A DNA stretch of 41,347 nt, from positions 1 to 41,347 of the IMG/VR virus record IMGVR_UViG_3300045988_100004. The stretch is one strand, 5' to 3'. The notes under the pieces are model-generated. The model ran no database searches and was not told the DNA's origin. It saw only the letters and a program-made list of their open reading frames with translations. Position 1 is the stretch's first letter. The number at the start of each line of letters is the position of its first letter. Made by a program: the position numbers and the translations under genes. This document shows positions 32,801 to 40,961 of the stretch, piece by piece. Source of the stretch: a virus.

Positions 32801-33172
32801 GGCCTGTTCGCCGGTTACGGGGTTTCGATGCGCGGCTACGCCACTGGCGGCCGTGTCATCGAGGGCCTCCTGCCAGGCAAGGCGAGCATCACTGGCGGCG
32901 ACAACATCACGTTGGCGAACGCGCGAGTCAAGAGCGGCGAATTCGTGTCCAACGTGAAATCCGTCGCATATTATGGCGCCGACACATACGCGGCCATGAA
33001 CCGCCGGCAGATACCCAAGGAATCGTTCTCCGGCCGGGAGGTCGACGTGAGCGGCGTCATCGAGGAGATACGCGCCTTCCGCGAGCAGATCGGCCCCATC
33101 ATCAGCGCGTATGCCCCGCAACTCAGCAGACGTGACTTCCAACGGCTCACCAAGGAGGTTTTGCGCACATGA
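29867..33172 (+). CDS. Tape measure protein (1101 aa)
   Basis: Size, position, hydrophobic central segments, Ala/Gly-rich repeats, AGGAGGA SD. Confidence 0.92.
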   Translation: MAGGLNRNIIVRLLADTSNFTAGMAKVSGESQKTATTMEAAGGKSKLITTGIAAAGVAATALGVAAIKMAADFDASMSTVQANTGASADEMNQLRQAAIDAGADTIYSATESADAINELGKAGLSTSDILSGGLSGALNLAASDGMAVGDAAELMATTLKQFNLTGAQSSQVADALAAGAGKAVGSAHDLGLALNQAGMVSHSFGISMQETTGTLAAFADSGMIGSDAGTSLKTMLISLANPSTKATNLMKELGINAYDAQGNFIGLSGLAGVLKDKLSGLSQEQRNQALATIFGTDAIRAANVLYEQGAEGIDDWTKAVSESGFAAEQAAAKNNNLKGDLENLSGSFESLMISLGEGGQGPLRSLVQTLDTLVDGFSSLPAPVQQSIVLLTALVGGFTALHSVMGPLNTSSSQTARNFGLMLDPFQRGITAMPLLKEGIIQLGTSMLGTSTNAGTLTNGLTRGQTAMNGMKSIGSGLFAALGGPWGIALTVAGALLVGFAQSAQDAKANIKEFSSAIDQSGNAVETLIKKIASGEDKTWDFGDKFATGLGSLGEALDKAGIEYSTFAKAVNGSKEAQKLFNEQLKNAENNMSIMETDSIRDSYDKLSNQVSKAKEQVSKTNTEVAKAKASGDAAAEGVNNYADSADNATTSAEDLSDAIDDLVKGFLSLPGVQLSADQAVTQFNQGILDLNENIAKNGRVLDDNGNALAGYESQAYDSQSALQGLASTAQSTAQKIIEEGQAHGDAAAATQQAGDILERARQAYIDNATAAGMSADAAESQADRYGLARDQADVLRQGIEGLSNTAAKGIDLKIKITDDASKALDDVKLKAEKIDDKTVRISGDNTDLMQKIAEATGATIDPKTGKLDLDKTQFDYAMAIAAGATIDPKTGLLQGDNSGMLAKVAEANGWTIDKKTGYIYANDDQAIGVIQDLDNRQIADKYFTIHGSYVDDSGGTYSSSGYRPKGATGNIPTSKTGGLFAGYGVSMRGYATGGRVIEGLLPGKASITGGDNITLANARVKSGEFVSNVKSVAYYGADTYAAMNRRQIPKESFSGREVDVSGVIEEIRAFREQIGPIISAYAPQLSRRDFQRLTKEVLRT

Positions 33173-34005
33173 TGCACACGCTCACCTACACGTCAAACCG
33201 CGCCGGAACCGTGATTGATCTCGCCGACCCGGAGGGAATCATGTGCGGCCAGATCACGGAGCTGCGCACCCGCGCATGGGAGTTCGAGCTCGGCTACCGG
33301 TCATTGCGGGCCACGCGGCCCGCGAAGACCGTCAAGGTCACCGGGCTCGTCTACGGTATCCCGGCGCTCGAAAAGGCCGAGGAACTGTTCGACGCGGATA
33401 TGTACGCCTACCTCGACGATGCTGCGAAACCTGGCGTCATTACAGTGGACGGATGGTCGCAGACCTGCCTCGTGGTCGGCCACACACCCGACTACACGTC
33501 ACCCGCGCTCGTGCGCGGCGATTTCACGGTCGCGTTGCTTGACGGGGTGTGGCACAAACCGGTCAAGCAGAGCTTCAGCCAGTCAACGGCCCGCTACAAC
33601 AGGGGCAAGGACTACCCCTACGACTATCGCTACGATTACGCGCCGACACGCAACGTCAGCAGCATCGACAACCAATCCGCCCTGCCCTCGCGCATGAGGC
33701 TCACCATTTACGGGCCGGTCTCTACGCCGAGCATCATCATCGGCGGCAACAAGGTGATAGCCGACGTGAGCGTCCCATCCGGCGGCTACCTCATCATCGA
33801 CGGCACCGGCTCACCCCGCACGGCCGTGATGGTCGCCGCCAACGGCGACATCACCAACGTGTTCGACAAAACGCATCGCGACCAGGCCTCCAACGAATAC
33901 GCGTTCGCCACCCTCCCGCCGGGACTGCAGCAGCTCTCATGGGACGAATCGTTCGGGTTCGACGTGGAGTACTGGTTGGAGCAGACGGGACTGCCATGGA
34001 CCTGA
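33169..34005 (+). CDS. Distal tail protein (Dit-like, 278 aa)
   Basis: ATGA overlap with the TMP gene; canonical position. Confidence 0.65.
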   Translation: MMHTLTYTSNRAGTVIDLADPEGIMCGQITELRTRAWEFELGYRSLRATRPAKTVKVTGLVYGIPALEKAEELFDADMYAYLDDAAKPGVITVDGWSQTCLVVGHTPDYTSPALVRGDFTVALLDGVWHKPVKQSFSQSTARYNRGKDYPYDYRYDYAPTRNVSSIDNQSALPSRMRLTIYGPVSTPSIIIGGNKVIADVSVPSGGYLIIDGTGSPRTAVMVAANGDITNVFDKTHRDQASNEYAFATLPPGLQQLSWDESFGFDVEYWLEQTGLPWT

Positions 34006-34979
34006 TCTGGACCAACACCGCTCACGTGCCGCAGGGCGAACTCGTCTCCCCCGCACTCGACATGCAGTATGGTGACGAGCAGAATGATTTCGAGCTCACT
34101 CACTCCACCCCCGGACTGCTGCTCTCCGACGGCTGCTACATCGGGGCGGAAGGCACCGAGTTCGGAGGCCGCGTCGACGCGGTGCGTATCACCGTGGATG
34201 ACGGGCATGCCCTGTATACGCTCACCGGCCGCACATGGCACGGCTTGCTCGCAGGCAAGATCATCCAACCCGACCCCGGCACCGACCGGCTCACGGTCTC
34301 CGGCGACGCCAACAGCATCATCCGCACGATAATCAGCCGGATCGGACTATCCACGGTGTTCGAAGCGCCATCGGAAGCGAGCGGCATCACCCTCAGCAAC
34401 TATTCGTTCCGCCGGTACATTACCGCGTGGGACGGGCTGCGCATGATGCTTGCCGCGCAGGGAGCCAGACTCGACCTGACCTACGCCGCTGGACGCTGCC
34501 GGATTCGCGCGGTCGCCGCTGACACGTACGGCGACGCGGACAGCGACCAGCGCATCAGTTTCGAGGCGAAACGCATCTGGACCCAAGTCAACCACCTCAC
34601 GGGCTTGGGCAAAGGCCAGCTGCGCAACAGGGCGCGCAGCGACTGGTATGCGGATGCGTCCGGCAACATCTCCCAGACCCAGACCCTGACCGGCGACCGG
34701 GAGATAGCTCAGACCTACGAGCTCACATCCTCCGAAGGCATCGAATTGTCCGACCAGACCAGGGACAAGCTCAAGGACATGTGGAAACAGGGCACTGTCG
34801 ATTTGACGATCCCCGAGAATCTTGGCCTGCATATCGACGACCATGTGCGCGCCTACGATGCGCTGACCGGTGTCAGCGTGGACAGTCCCATCGTGCGCAT
34901 CACCGTCAAACTCGCCGACGGCACACCAACCATCCAATACGAAGCCGGCCAATACAGTTGGCCCGACGAACAAGACTAA
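33996..34979 (+). CDS. Tail-associated (Tal/baseplate hub-like) protein (327 aa)
   Basis: ORF 33549..34979 trimmed to MDLIWTNTAH at the ATGGACCTGA overlap; position after Dit. Confidence 0.6.
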   Translation: MDLIWTNTAHVPQGELVSPALDMQYGDEQNDFELTHSTPGLLLSDGCYIGAEGTEFGGRVDAVRITVDDGHALYTLTGRTWHGLLAGKIIQPDPGTDRLTVSGDANSIIRTIISRIGLSTVFEAPSEASGITLSNYSFRRYITAWDGLRMMLAAQGARLDLTYAAGRCRIRAVAADTYGDADSDQRISFEAKRIWTQVNHLTGLGKGQLRNRARSDWYADASGNISQTQTLTGDREIAQTYELTSSEGIELSDQTRDKLKDMWKQGTVDLTIPENLGLHIDDHVRAYDALTGVSVDSPIVRITVKLADGTPTIQYEAGQYSWPDEQD

Positions 34980-34991
34980 AGGAGCAGCATC

Positions 34992-35240
34992 ATGCCGAAA
35001 CAGCCCAACATCACCCTCTACTCCTGTGATCGGCCTTCGTGTGTCAACAAAGAATACGTGTTGCCCAACGCGACGGCCAGCCCCGACTGGCACGAGGTCA
35101 CGCGCGTCGACCGCAACGGCAACCAGAGGAAGATCCTGTTTTGCGAATCCGACTACCAGCAGTACCTACAGTTGGCCGAAAACCAGGACAAGGATTATGA
35201 CCTCTGGCTCAACAAGCTCCTCAACGCGGAAGGCAAGTGA
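34992..35240 (+). CDS. Hypothetical tail-module protein (82 aa)
   Basis: AAAGGAG SD. Confidence 0.6.
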   Translation: MPKQPNITLYSCDRPSCVNKEYVLPNATASPDWHEVTRVDRNGNQRKILFCESDYQQYLQLAENQDKDYDLWLNKLLNAEGK

Positions 35241-35242
35241 TT

Positions 35243-36082
35243 ATGGCACCCAACCTGCTCGTAACCGGCTCGCACGGCGGCGACGATCCGCACGTGGAAT
35301 CGAAGCATGACGCGCTCATGCACGCCGCCATGCTCGGCCGAAGCGGATACATTTTGAAAACCCGGAATTGGACGGAAAAACCGACGGCGAAGGATGCGAA
35401 CAACATTACCATCCCCGCATGGGACCTCGTGGTCGAGGGCCGGCAGATCTACATCGCCGCACCGACCGACGTGAACATCCAATCCGGCTCGCAAGGGCAA
35501 AAACGACGCGATCTCATCGTGGCCCGGTACTCGCTGAACTCAGACACCGGCGTGGAGACGGTCACCCTCGAAGCCATCAAGGGCAAGCCCAGCACGGACA
35601 CGCCCGCGGATCCGGGCATCGAGACCGGCAGCATCATCGGCGGGGCCATCGTCTCCGACCTGCCACTCTGCCGCGTCAACCTCGACGGCATCACCATCAC
35701 ATCGATTGACACGCTGGTCAATGTCCTCCACCCCCTAGAGGACGTGTGGGATTCCCTAGCCCAGCGTTCCACGACATGGCGAGTACCCTACAGCAGCAAC
35801 AGTATTACACTGACCCGCGTGGGGAGTATCTGCTTCATGGGCGGCAACGTGAAATTCAATCAGAGCGGCGAAAACAATTACGTACAGGCGCAGGAAACCA
35901 TACCCGAGGGATATCGTCCAATGGAAAAAACGAACACTCCGATAGCCGTGTTCGGCGGCAACACCACGTTCATCCTCTACGGCGAGCATACGGGCCGTGT
36001 GGTCATGCTCGGCAACCCGAACAACGCATACGCCGGATGCACCGGCGTATGGAGGACCGCCGACCCGATGCCCGCCGCATAG
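35243..36082 (+). CDS. Tail fibre / receptor-binding protein with switchable C-terminal domain (279 aa; GTG 35237 alternative start)
   Basis: Last plus-strand tail gene; the C-terminal ~106 aa (after ...EDVWDSLAQ) lie inside the invertible segment and are paralogous to the inverted cassette (IPEGYRP vs LPEGWRP). Confidence 0.75.
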   Translation: MAPNLLVTGSHGGDDPHVESKHDALMHAAMLGRSGYILKTRNWTEKPTAKDANNITIPAWDLVVEGRQIYIAAPTDVNIQSGSQGQKRRDLIVARYSLNSDTGVETVTLEAIKGKPSTDTPADPGIETGSIIGGAIVSDLPLCRVNLDGITITSIDTLVNVLHPLEDVWDSLAQRSTTWRVPYSSNSITLTRVGSICFMGGNVKFNQSGENNYVQAQETIPEGYRPMEKTNTPIAVFGGNTTFILYGEHTGRVVMLGNPNNAYAGCTGVWRTADPMPAA

Positions 36083-36453
36083 CTTCGGGACACTGGTTCA
36101 GGCGGTTGCGTTGGCTTGCAGTGACCCCACGGGTCATAGCGCGTATGAGACGGTCAAACCGAACGCGTTCGTGCCCTGCGTGCCGCCCTGATTGGCGTAG
36201 GTCATGGTTCCGTCCGCATGTATGTTGATGGCCTTCTGGTTCGCTCCGTCACGCCCGCCGTAGGAGAAGTTCAAATCCATCGGGGGACGCCATCCTTCGG
36301 GCAGGGTTCCGAAATTGCCGGTGTCCCAAGAGCCGGAGACCGATGAATTCCAATCGATTCGCAACGTGACGAGCGAGCCGCGACGGTAGCCTTTGACGGT
36401 ACCGTAAGTGGAGTTAATCAGCGTCAGCACTTTGGTCTGGGTTAGGGAAACCC
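35748..36453. mobile_element. Invertible segment (fibre C-terminus switch) bounded by 17-bp inverted crossover sites
   Basis: GGGATTCCCTAGCCCAG (35748-35764) versus the reverse complement of 36437-36453, GGGTTTCCCTAACCCAG (15/17 identical); both sit in the same codon phase (tcc cta Rcc cag). Confidence 0.7.
36134..36436 (-). other. Silent alternative fibre C-terminal cassette (promoterless, ~100 codons)
   Basis: Reading frame open from the crossover site; TKVLTLINSTYGTVKGYRRGSLVTLRIDWN...GTLPEGWRPP...; inversion would fuse it in frame after ...WDSLAQ. Confidence 0.7.
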
Positions 36454-36455
36454 GC

Positions 36456-37325
36456 TCAGGCGACCAAGGCCCGCTCCCAGAGGCGTTGCGCGTCTCGCAA
36501 AGCCGTGATATCCGGTTTGAGGTAGTGCTTCGCGGTGGTTTTGATGTCGCTGTGGCCGAGCATTTTGCTCACGATGGCGATGTCAGCCCCGGCGGCCAGA
36601 GTGTTCGTGGCCCATGAGTGGCGCAGGTTGCGTGCGGGCACATACGGCAGATCATGCCGTTTGCACCAGCTCGCGTATTGGCGTGCGGCTTGCGGCGGGG
36701 TGAGGGGGCCGATGAGACGGCCTCCCTCGCGTGGTTTGAGTTCGCGCAGCCGTCTGATTGCGAAGCGCGGCAACGGCAGCGTGCGGCGGCTCAATTCGGT
36801 TTTCGGCGGCACTGTGACCTCATGTCCGCTGACCCATTGCAGGCCACGCTCGACATGCAGGACACCTGAGCGCAGGTCAATATCCGACCATTCGAGCCCG
36901 TAGCCTTCTTCGGTGCGCAGCCCGCATGAGGCGGCGCAGATAATCCACGCCTCCAAAGGGTGATCGTAGAAGCCCTGCAACAGTGCGCGCTGCTGGCGGA
37001 TGCTTAATATGGTCGGCTCGTAATGAGGTTTGGCCGGCAGCTGGATGTCACGTCTCGTGATGTCCACGTCCAACAGGTTCCAACGGATAGCCCGCCTGAG
37101 TATCGCGCGTAGTACGGCCCATGCCTTGCGTGCGGCTCCCGCAGTGTCGAAATCCGCAAGCCACTTGTCCACAAGCTCCACGCTTATCGCGCCCATATCC
37201 ATGCCACCGAAGCATGGCATGACATGCAGCCGCCACGCGGACTCGTAGCCCACGCGCGTGCTCTCACGCAGATTCCGCGTGCAATACGGCCAAAACCGGT
37301 CGTTCCAAAACTCTCGTAACAGCAT
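36456..37325 (-). CDS. Second tyrosine recombinase, Rci/shufflon-type invertase candidate (289 aa)
   Basis: ORF trimmed to MLLREFWND with a CGGAGG SD; RNLRHSWATNTL and LGHSDIKTTAKHYL catalytic blocks; its stop lies 3 bp from the right crossover site. Confidence 0.85.
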   Translation of the reverse strand: MLLREFWNDRFWPYCTRNLRESTRVGYESAWRLHVMPCFGGMDMGAISVELVDKWLADFDTAGAARKAWAVLRAILRRAIRWNLLDVDITRRDIQLPAKPHYEPTILSIRQQRALLQGFYDHPLEAWIICAASCGLRTEEGYGLEWSDIDLRSGVLHVERGLQWVSGHEVTVPPKTELSRRTLPLPRFAIRRLRELKPREGGRLIGPLTPPQAARQYASWCKRHDLPYVPARNLRHSWATNTLAAGADIAIVSKMLGHSDIKTTAKHYLKPDITALRDAQRLWERALVA

Positions 37326-37414
37326 TTTCGACCTCCGAAAACCCACACGCCGTCTGGCCTGTCCAAACGGGTGAAACGTGTGGGTTTTCCCAAAAAAGAA
37401 GAGAGGGGAACGGG

Positions 37415-37843
37415 ATGCCCCCATTCCAACAGTTATTAGGCTCCATGGAATTCTGGAGCGCGGTCATCCTTGCGCTCATTGGTGGCGGTGGGCTTGGCGG
37501 TCTTGTGGGAGCGTGGAGCAACCGCAGGAAAACCGAGGCCGACATCGACGGCATCACCGCCGACGCGGCCGACAAGGCCGTGAAGATTCTCACGGGCAGC
37601 ATCATCGACCCTTTGCGTGAGCAGGTCGCCTATCAGGAGAATCAGATCCGGCATTTGGAGGAGGTGCAGCGCAAGTATTTCAAGGCCGTGGCCTATGTGC
37701 GCGGCCTGTCCCACTGGCTTCAATCGTTCTGCGAAGTCACAGAACCCAAGTTTTTGAAACGTCATCCGAAACCTTCGTTGCCGGACGAGCTTCGTCCGGA
37801 CGTGGCCCCCGAAACCATCATCGAATCCAATAAGGAGGAGTAA
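37415..37843 (+). CDS. N-terminally membrane-anchored coiled-coil protein (142 aa), lysis-module associated
   Basis: GAGAGGGGAA SD; TM WSAVILALIGGGGLGGLVGAW; precedes the endolysin gene. Confidence 0.65.
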   Translation: MPPFQQLLGSMEFWSAVILALIGGGGLGGLVGAWSNRRKTEADIDGITADAADKAVKILTGSIIDPLREQVAYQENQIRHLEEVQRKYFKAVAYVRGLSHWLQSFCEVTEPKFLKRHPKPSLPDELRPDVAPETIIESNKEE

Positions 37844-37859
37844 ACAATGACCTGATTCT

Positions 37860-37888
37860 AGCCCCACACGGTATGGCGTGGGGCTTTT
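37860..37888 (+). terminator. Intrinsic terminator
   Basis: AGCCCCAC-10 nt-GTGGGGCT followed by TTTT. Confidence 0.55.
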
Positions 37889-37964
37889 CCATATACCGCC
37901 CCGATAATCCTGACCCACGACCGTGGGCCACAAACAACAATCCATCCCGAGAAAGGGGAAACCA

Positions 37965-39083
37965 TTGGTCAATAACAAGGACAAGCCGAAGCCGTGGCAT
38001 AAGCGTCTGCTCGCCAAGGCCACGGCGCTGGCCGCCGCCATGTGCGTGATGCTGCTCCCGGCGACCGCGCACGCGGATATGCAGGGCGTGGACATGTCCA
38101 ACTGGCAGTGCGGCGCGGACGTGTACAACATGCAGGCCGACTTCGTGATCGTCGGCACCACATGGGGCACGGGACAGGTGTACAACAACTGCCTCGTGTC
38201 CGGCGTCAACACCGACGCCAACCGCATGATCGCCCAGGCACAGGCCAGCGGCAAGAAATTCGGTTTGTACCATTACGCGATGGGCGGCAACCCGGAGGCC
38301 GAAGCCCGGTTCTTCTACACGAACACGTCGAACTATTGGCGTCACGGCATCGTGGCGCTCGACTGGGAGATGGACGACAACCCCGCATGGGGCAACTGGG
38401 ACTGGGTACGCCGCTTCATGACGGAATGCGAACGTCTTTCCGGTGGCGTGCGTCCGTTGCTGTATACCGGCCCGGTCGCCGGCACCATCCCCAGCGACAT
38501 TCGCAACCGGTACGGCCTGTGGATCGCCCAGTATGCGAACATGAGCCCGACCGGCTATCAGGCATCCCCGTGGATGCTGGGCGCATACGGCGAGGCCATG
38601 CGCCAGTACTCGGGTACCGGCGTGGTTAACACGTGGAGTCCCATCGACCTCAACGTGTTCCGTGGCGAGGCATGGCAGTGGGACCTCTACGCCAACCCCA
38701 CCGGTTCCACGGCCCCATCCCAGCCGGCAACGCCCGCGCCCGTGCAGCCGAGCAAACCCCAGACCAACACCAACACGGGTGGCATCAGCCACGTCATGCA
38801 GTGGGGAGAAACCATCTGGGGACTCGCCGTAACGTACGACGCTTGGCCGCTGTCCGCGTGGCACACGCCTTCCGGTGACATCAACCGCTACTACGTGGGC
38901 GACGTCGTAACCTACGGCGCCACCGCCACCACCGCGCCGTCCAACGGGGTTTCCAAGACCCTCCAATGGGGCGACACCGTGTGGGAGTTCGCCACCTCCC
39001 ACGGCTACAACGTCTCCCAGTGTTCGGTCCCCAGCGGCAACATCAACGTCTACTACGTGGGCGACGTGGTGACCTGCCGCTAA
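37965..39083 (+). CDS. Secreted GH25 muramidase endolysin with two C-terminal LysM-like repeats (372 aa from TTG 37965; the ORF track's GTG 37923 is the alternative)
   Basis: AAGGGG SD 6 nt before the TTG; signal peptide KRLLAKATALAAAMCVMLLPATAHA; GH25 blocks GVDMSNWQ, DFVIVGTTWGTG, GLYHYAMG, ALDWE; repeats ..QWGETIWGLA..YYVGDVVTY / ..QWGDTVWEFA..YYVGDVVT. Confidence 0.85.
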   Translation: MVNNKDKPKPWHKRLLAKATALAAAMCVMLLPATAHADMQGVDMSNWQCGADVYNMQADFVIVGTTWGTGQVYNNCLVSGVNTDANRMIAQAQASGKKFGLYHYAMGGNPEAEARFFYTNTSNYWRHGIVALDWEMDDNPAWGNWDWVRRFMTECERLSGGVRPLLYTGPVAGTIPSDIRNRYGLWIAQYANMSPTGYQASPWMLGAYGEAMRQYSGTGVVNTWSPIDLNVFRGEAWQWDLYANPTGSTAPSQPATPAPVQPSKPQTNTNTGGISHVMQWGETIWGLAVTYDAWPLSAWHTPSGDINRYYVGDVVTYGATATTAPSNGVSKTLQWGDTVWEFATSHGYNVSQCSVPSGNINVYYVGDVVTCR

Positions 39084-39147
39084 CCCAAACCGATGCCGCC
39101 ACCACTCCCGATGGCGGCATCACCCCATTTTTTGATCGGAGCAAAAT

Positions 39148-39402
39148 ATGACCGACAACAACACCGAAACGCCGGCGTCCACCGACACCGCGCCCGACTG
39201 GCTCATCCCCAGCCGCGTCTACGACGTCCTCAAATGGCTGGGCCTCATCGTCCTGCCCGCACTCGCCGTGTTCGTGGGCACGGTCGGCCCCGCATGGGAC
39301 TGGCCTCACGTGGACGCGATAGTCATCACGCTCAACGCGCTCGGCATCCTCGCCGGCACGCTCATCGGCGTCAGCGCCATCAAACAACGCCTCGCCGCGT
39401 AA
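39148..39402 (+). CDS. Holin (Dp-1-type, 84 aa)
   Basis: VYDVLKWLGLIVLPALAVFVGTV...ITLNALGILAGTLIGVSA matches the two-TM Dp-1 holin family pattern; follows the endolysin gene. Confidence 0.8.
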   Translation: MTDNNTETPASTDTAPDWLIPSRVYDVLKWLGLIVLPALAVFVGTVGPAWDWPHVDAIVITLNALGILAGTLIGVSAIKQRLAA

Positions 39403-39414
39403 CCACACATAGTT

Positions 39415-39474
39415 CGGCCCCGTCCGGCATCGCAGACAGCTCAACAGAGCTGGGACTGCGGCCGGACGGGGCCG
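39415..39474. terminator. Large compound stem-loop between convergent holin and accessory-operon genes
   Basis: 14-bp stem CGGCCCCGTCCGGC/GCCGGACGGGGCCG enclosing an inner hairpin CAGCTC-aaca-GAGCTG; followed by GTTTCTGCGTTC. Confidence 0.6.
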
Positions 39475-39499
39475 GTTTCTGCGTTCTACGGGGAGCGGT

Positions 39500-40009
39500 C
39501 TAGTCCCTCCTGCCTGAGCGCGTCATGCGGACGCCGAGCGCCGGGTCGACCACGGTATCCGACTTGGTGGTCTGGGCTCGCAACGCGAGCCGGGCCACGT
39601 CATCACGCAACGCGCGTTGCGCGGCGTTCAGATGCGGGTCATCCCACCATTCCACCGCCACATCGCCATCGTCGGAATCATCGGCCAGAGAGTCGAACCG
39701 TTCCCCGAGGAGCTCCCGTATCGTATCCTCCACGAATTCGGACGGAGTGTTGACGCGCGTCTCCCGATCCGATGCGATGTCCCATCCGGCGTCCACGGGT
39801 TCGCTGTCGAACCGTTTGCGCATACGCCACAACGTGGTGCGGGTCAGTCCGGTGGAGATCATGAGCCGACTGTAGTCCGCGCCCTGCTCGAACGCGGTCC
39901 TGACGAGCCGTTCGCGTTCCATGTCGGCCTGCCGGGTCTGTTCGGCGAGTTTGTTGTGCAGCTCCCAGTTGTCGAGGAGCCGGTCGATGGTGTCGTTGAG
40001 GTCGCTCAA
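39500..40009 (-). CDS. Accessory operon gene C: HTH protein with acidic C-terminal domain (169 aa, TTG start)
   Basis: AAGGAG 5 nt upstream of the TTG, which overlaps the gene B stop (ATTGA); HTH ADYSRLMISTGLTRTTLWRMRKRF; in frame with ORF 39500..40234. Confidence 0.6.
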   Translation of the reverse strand: MSDLNDTIDRLLDNWELHNKLAEQTRQADMERERLVRTAFEQGADYSRLMISTGLTRTTLWRMRKRFDSEPVDAGWDIASDRETRVNTPSEFVEDTIRELLGERFDSLADDSDDGDVAVEWWDDPHLNAAQRALRDDVARLALRAQTTKSDTVVDPALGVRMTRSGRRD

Positions 40010-40647
40010 TGGTTCTCCTTGGTTTCGTCGGTTTCGTCCTGTCGTTCCGTCTGGTAGTCGCGCATCCATTGGGTCATCACGGTTGCCGCCTCGATTCTGC
40101 CTTGGTGGAGGCGGGCCAGGTCTCCGGCCATGCGCGTGTAGTCGAATCCCAGATGTCGGGCGTGCAGGAGTCTCACGCAGTGCATGAGCTTCTGGTATCC
40201 CGCGCCGTCCGGGTCGTTGAGCAGGCTGCGGCATGTGGCCGTCATCCGCGAGTCCGCCAATCGTTCGTTGGGGTGCAAGAGCCGTCTATATTCGCGCATC
40301 GCCTCGGCGAACGTGGTGCGCGAGTCGATTGCCATGATCAGGAGGGAGGCGTCGCGGGGGGATTGCGCGTGGTTGGCCAGCAGGCACATGGTCTGCCATG
40401 CCGCCGTCCCGTAGGGTTCGGGCATCGGCTGCGCCTGGCCCCACTCGACCCATTCGAGAATGAGAGGGTCGAGCGTGCACGGCAGCGGGTTATGGGACAG
40501 CCGGCGCAGCAGGCCTATGGCATGACGTTCGCCCTCGTCCTCGCGGACGAGCCCCCTTGGGCGAATCCCGTTGGCCCGTTGGCGTCCGCCCTCCAGCAGG
40601 TTCCGGACATGCAGGCGGGCGAGCCGTTGGAAACCCCGATCGTCCAT
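40006..40647 (-). CDS. Accessory operon gene B: helical Arg-rich protein with Cse2/CasB-like sequence blocks (213 aa)
   Basis: ATG 2 nt after the gene A stop; blocks AIGLLRRLSHNP, AAWQTMCLLANHA, YQKLMHCVRLLHARHLGFDYTRMAGDLARL..VMTQWMRDYQ recall the Cascade small-subunit family (by eye only). Confidence 0.65.
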   Translation of the reverse strand: MDDRGFQRLARLHVRNLLEGGRQRANGIRPRGLVREDEGERHAIGLLRRLSHNPLPCTLDPLILEWVEWGQAQPMPEPYGTAAWQTMCLLANHAQSPRDASLLIMAIDSRTTFAEAMREYRRLLHPNERLADSRMTATCRSLLNDPDGAGYQKLMHCVRLLHARHLGFDYTRMAGDLARLHQGRIEAATVMTQWMRDYQTERQDETDETKENH

Positions 40648-40649
40648 GG

Positions 40650-40943
40650 TCAGCGTTCCCGCCAGTTGCCGTCGATGAACCCACATGCCAGTGGGTTGCG
40701 TTCGGGGAACGGCCCGTAGCGGCGTACCGCCTCAAGCAGTACCGCGGCGTTGTGCTGGCTGATATGCCCTCCGTTCAGGCGCAGCACCGCGCCCTCCGGT
40801 ATGCCGGTCGTCCAATTGCAGTCCGCGGGCAGGCTCGCGAACGCGTTGCCTTCGAGGTCGAAAAAGTTCGAGACGTTTTTCGCTGTCCCGTTGGTCTCGC
40901 GTGCTATGCGTCGCGCGGCGGTGGTTATCGTGATGTCCATCAT
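40650..40943 (-). CDS. Accessory operon gene A: small protein of unknown function (97 aa; second ATG at 40940 has better SD spacing)
   Basis: GAGGAGG SD at 40946-40952; ORF 40650..41126 trimmed (the upstream part crosses the promoter and attP repeats). Confidence 0.6.
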   Translation of the reverse strand: MMDITITTAARRIARETNGTAKNVSNFFDLEGNAFASLPADCNWTTGIPEGAVLRLNGGHISQHNAAVLLEAVRRYGPFPERNPLACGFIDGNWRER

Positions 40944-40961
40944 ATCCTCCTCATGTTTTTG

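Noticed and set aside
37436-39002. Minus-strand ORFs 37436..38254 and 37818..39002 opposite the lysis genes
   Set aside because: These are antisense shadows. The plus-strand GH25/LysM motifs are decisive.
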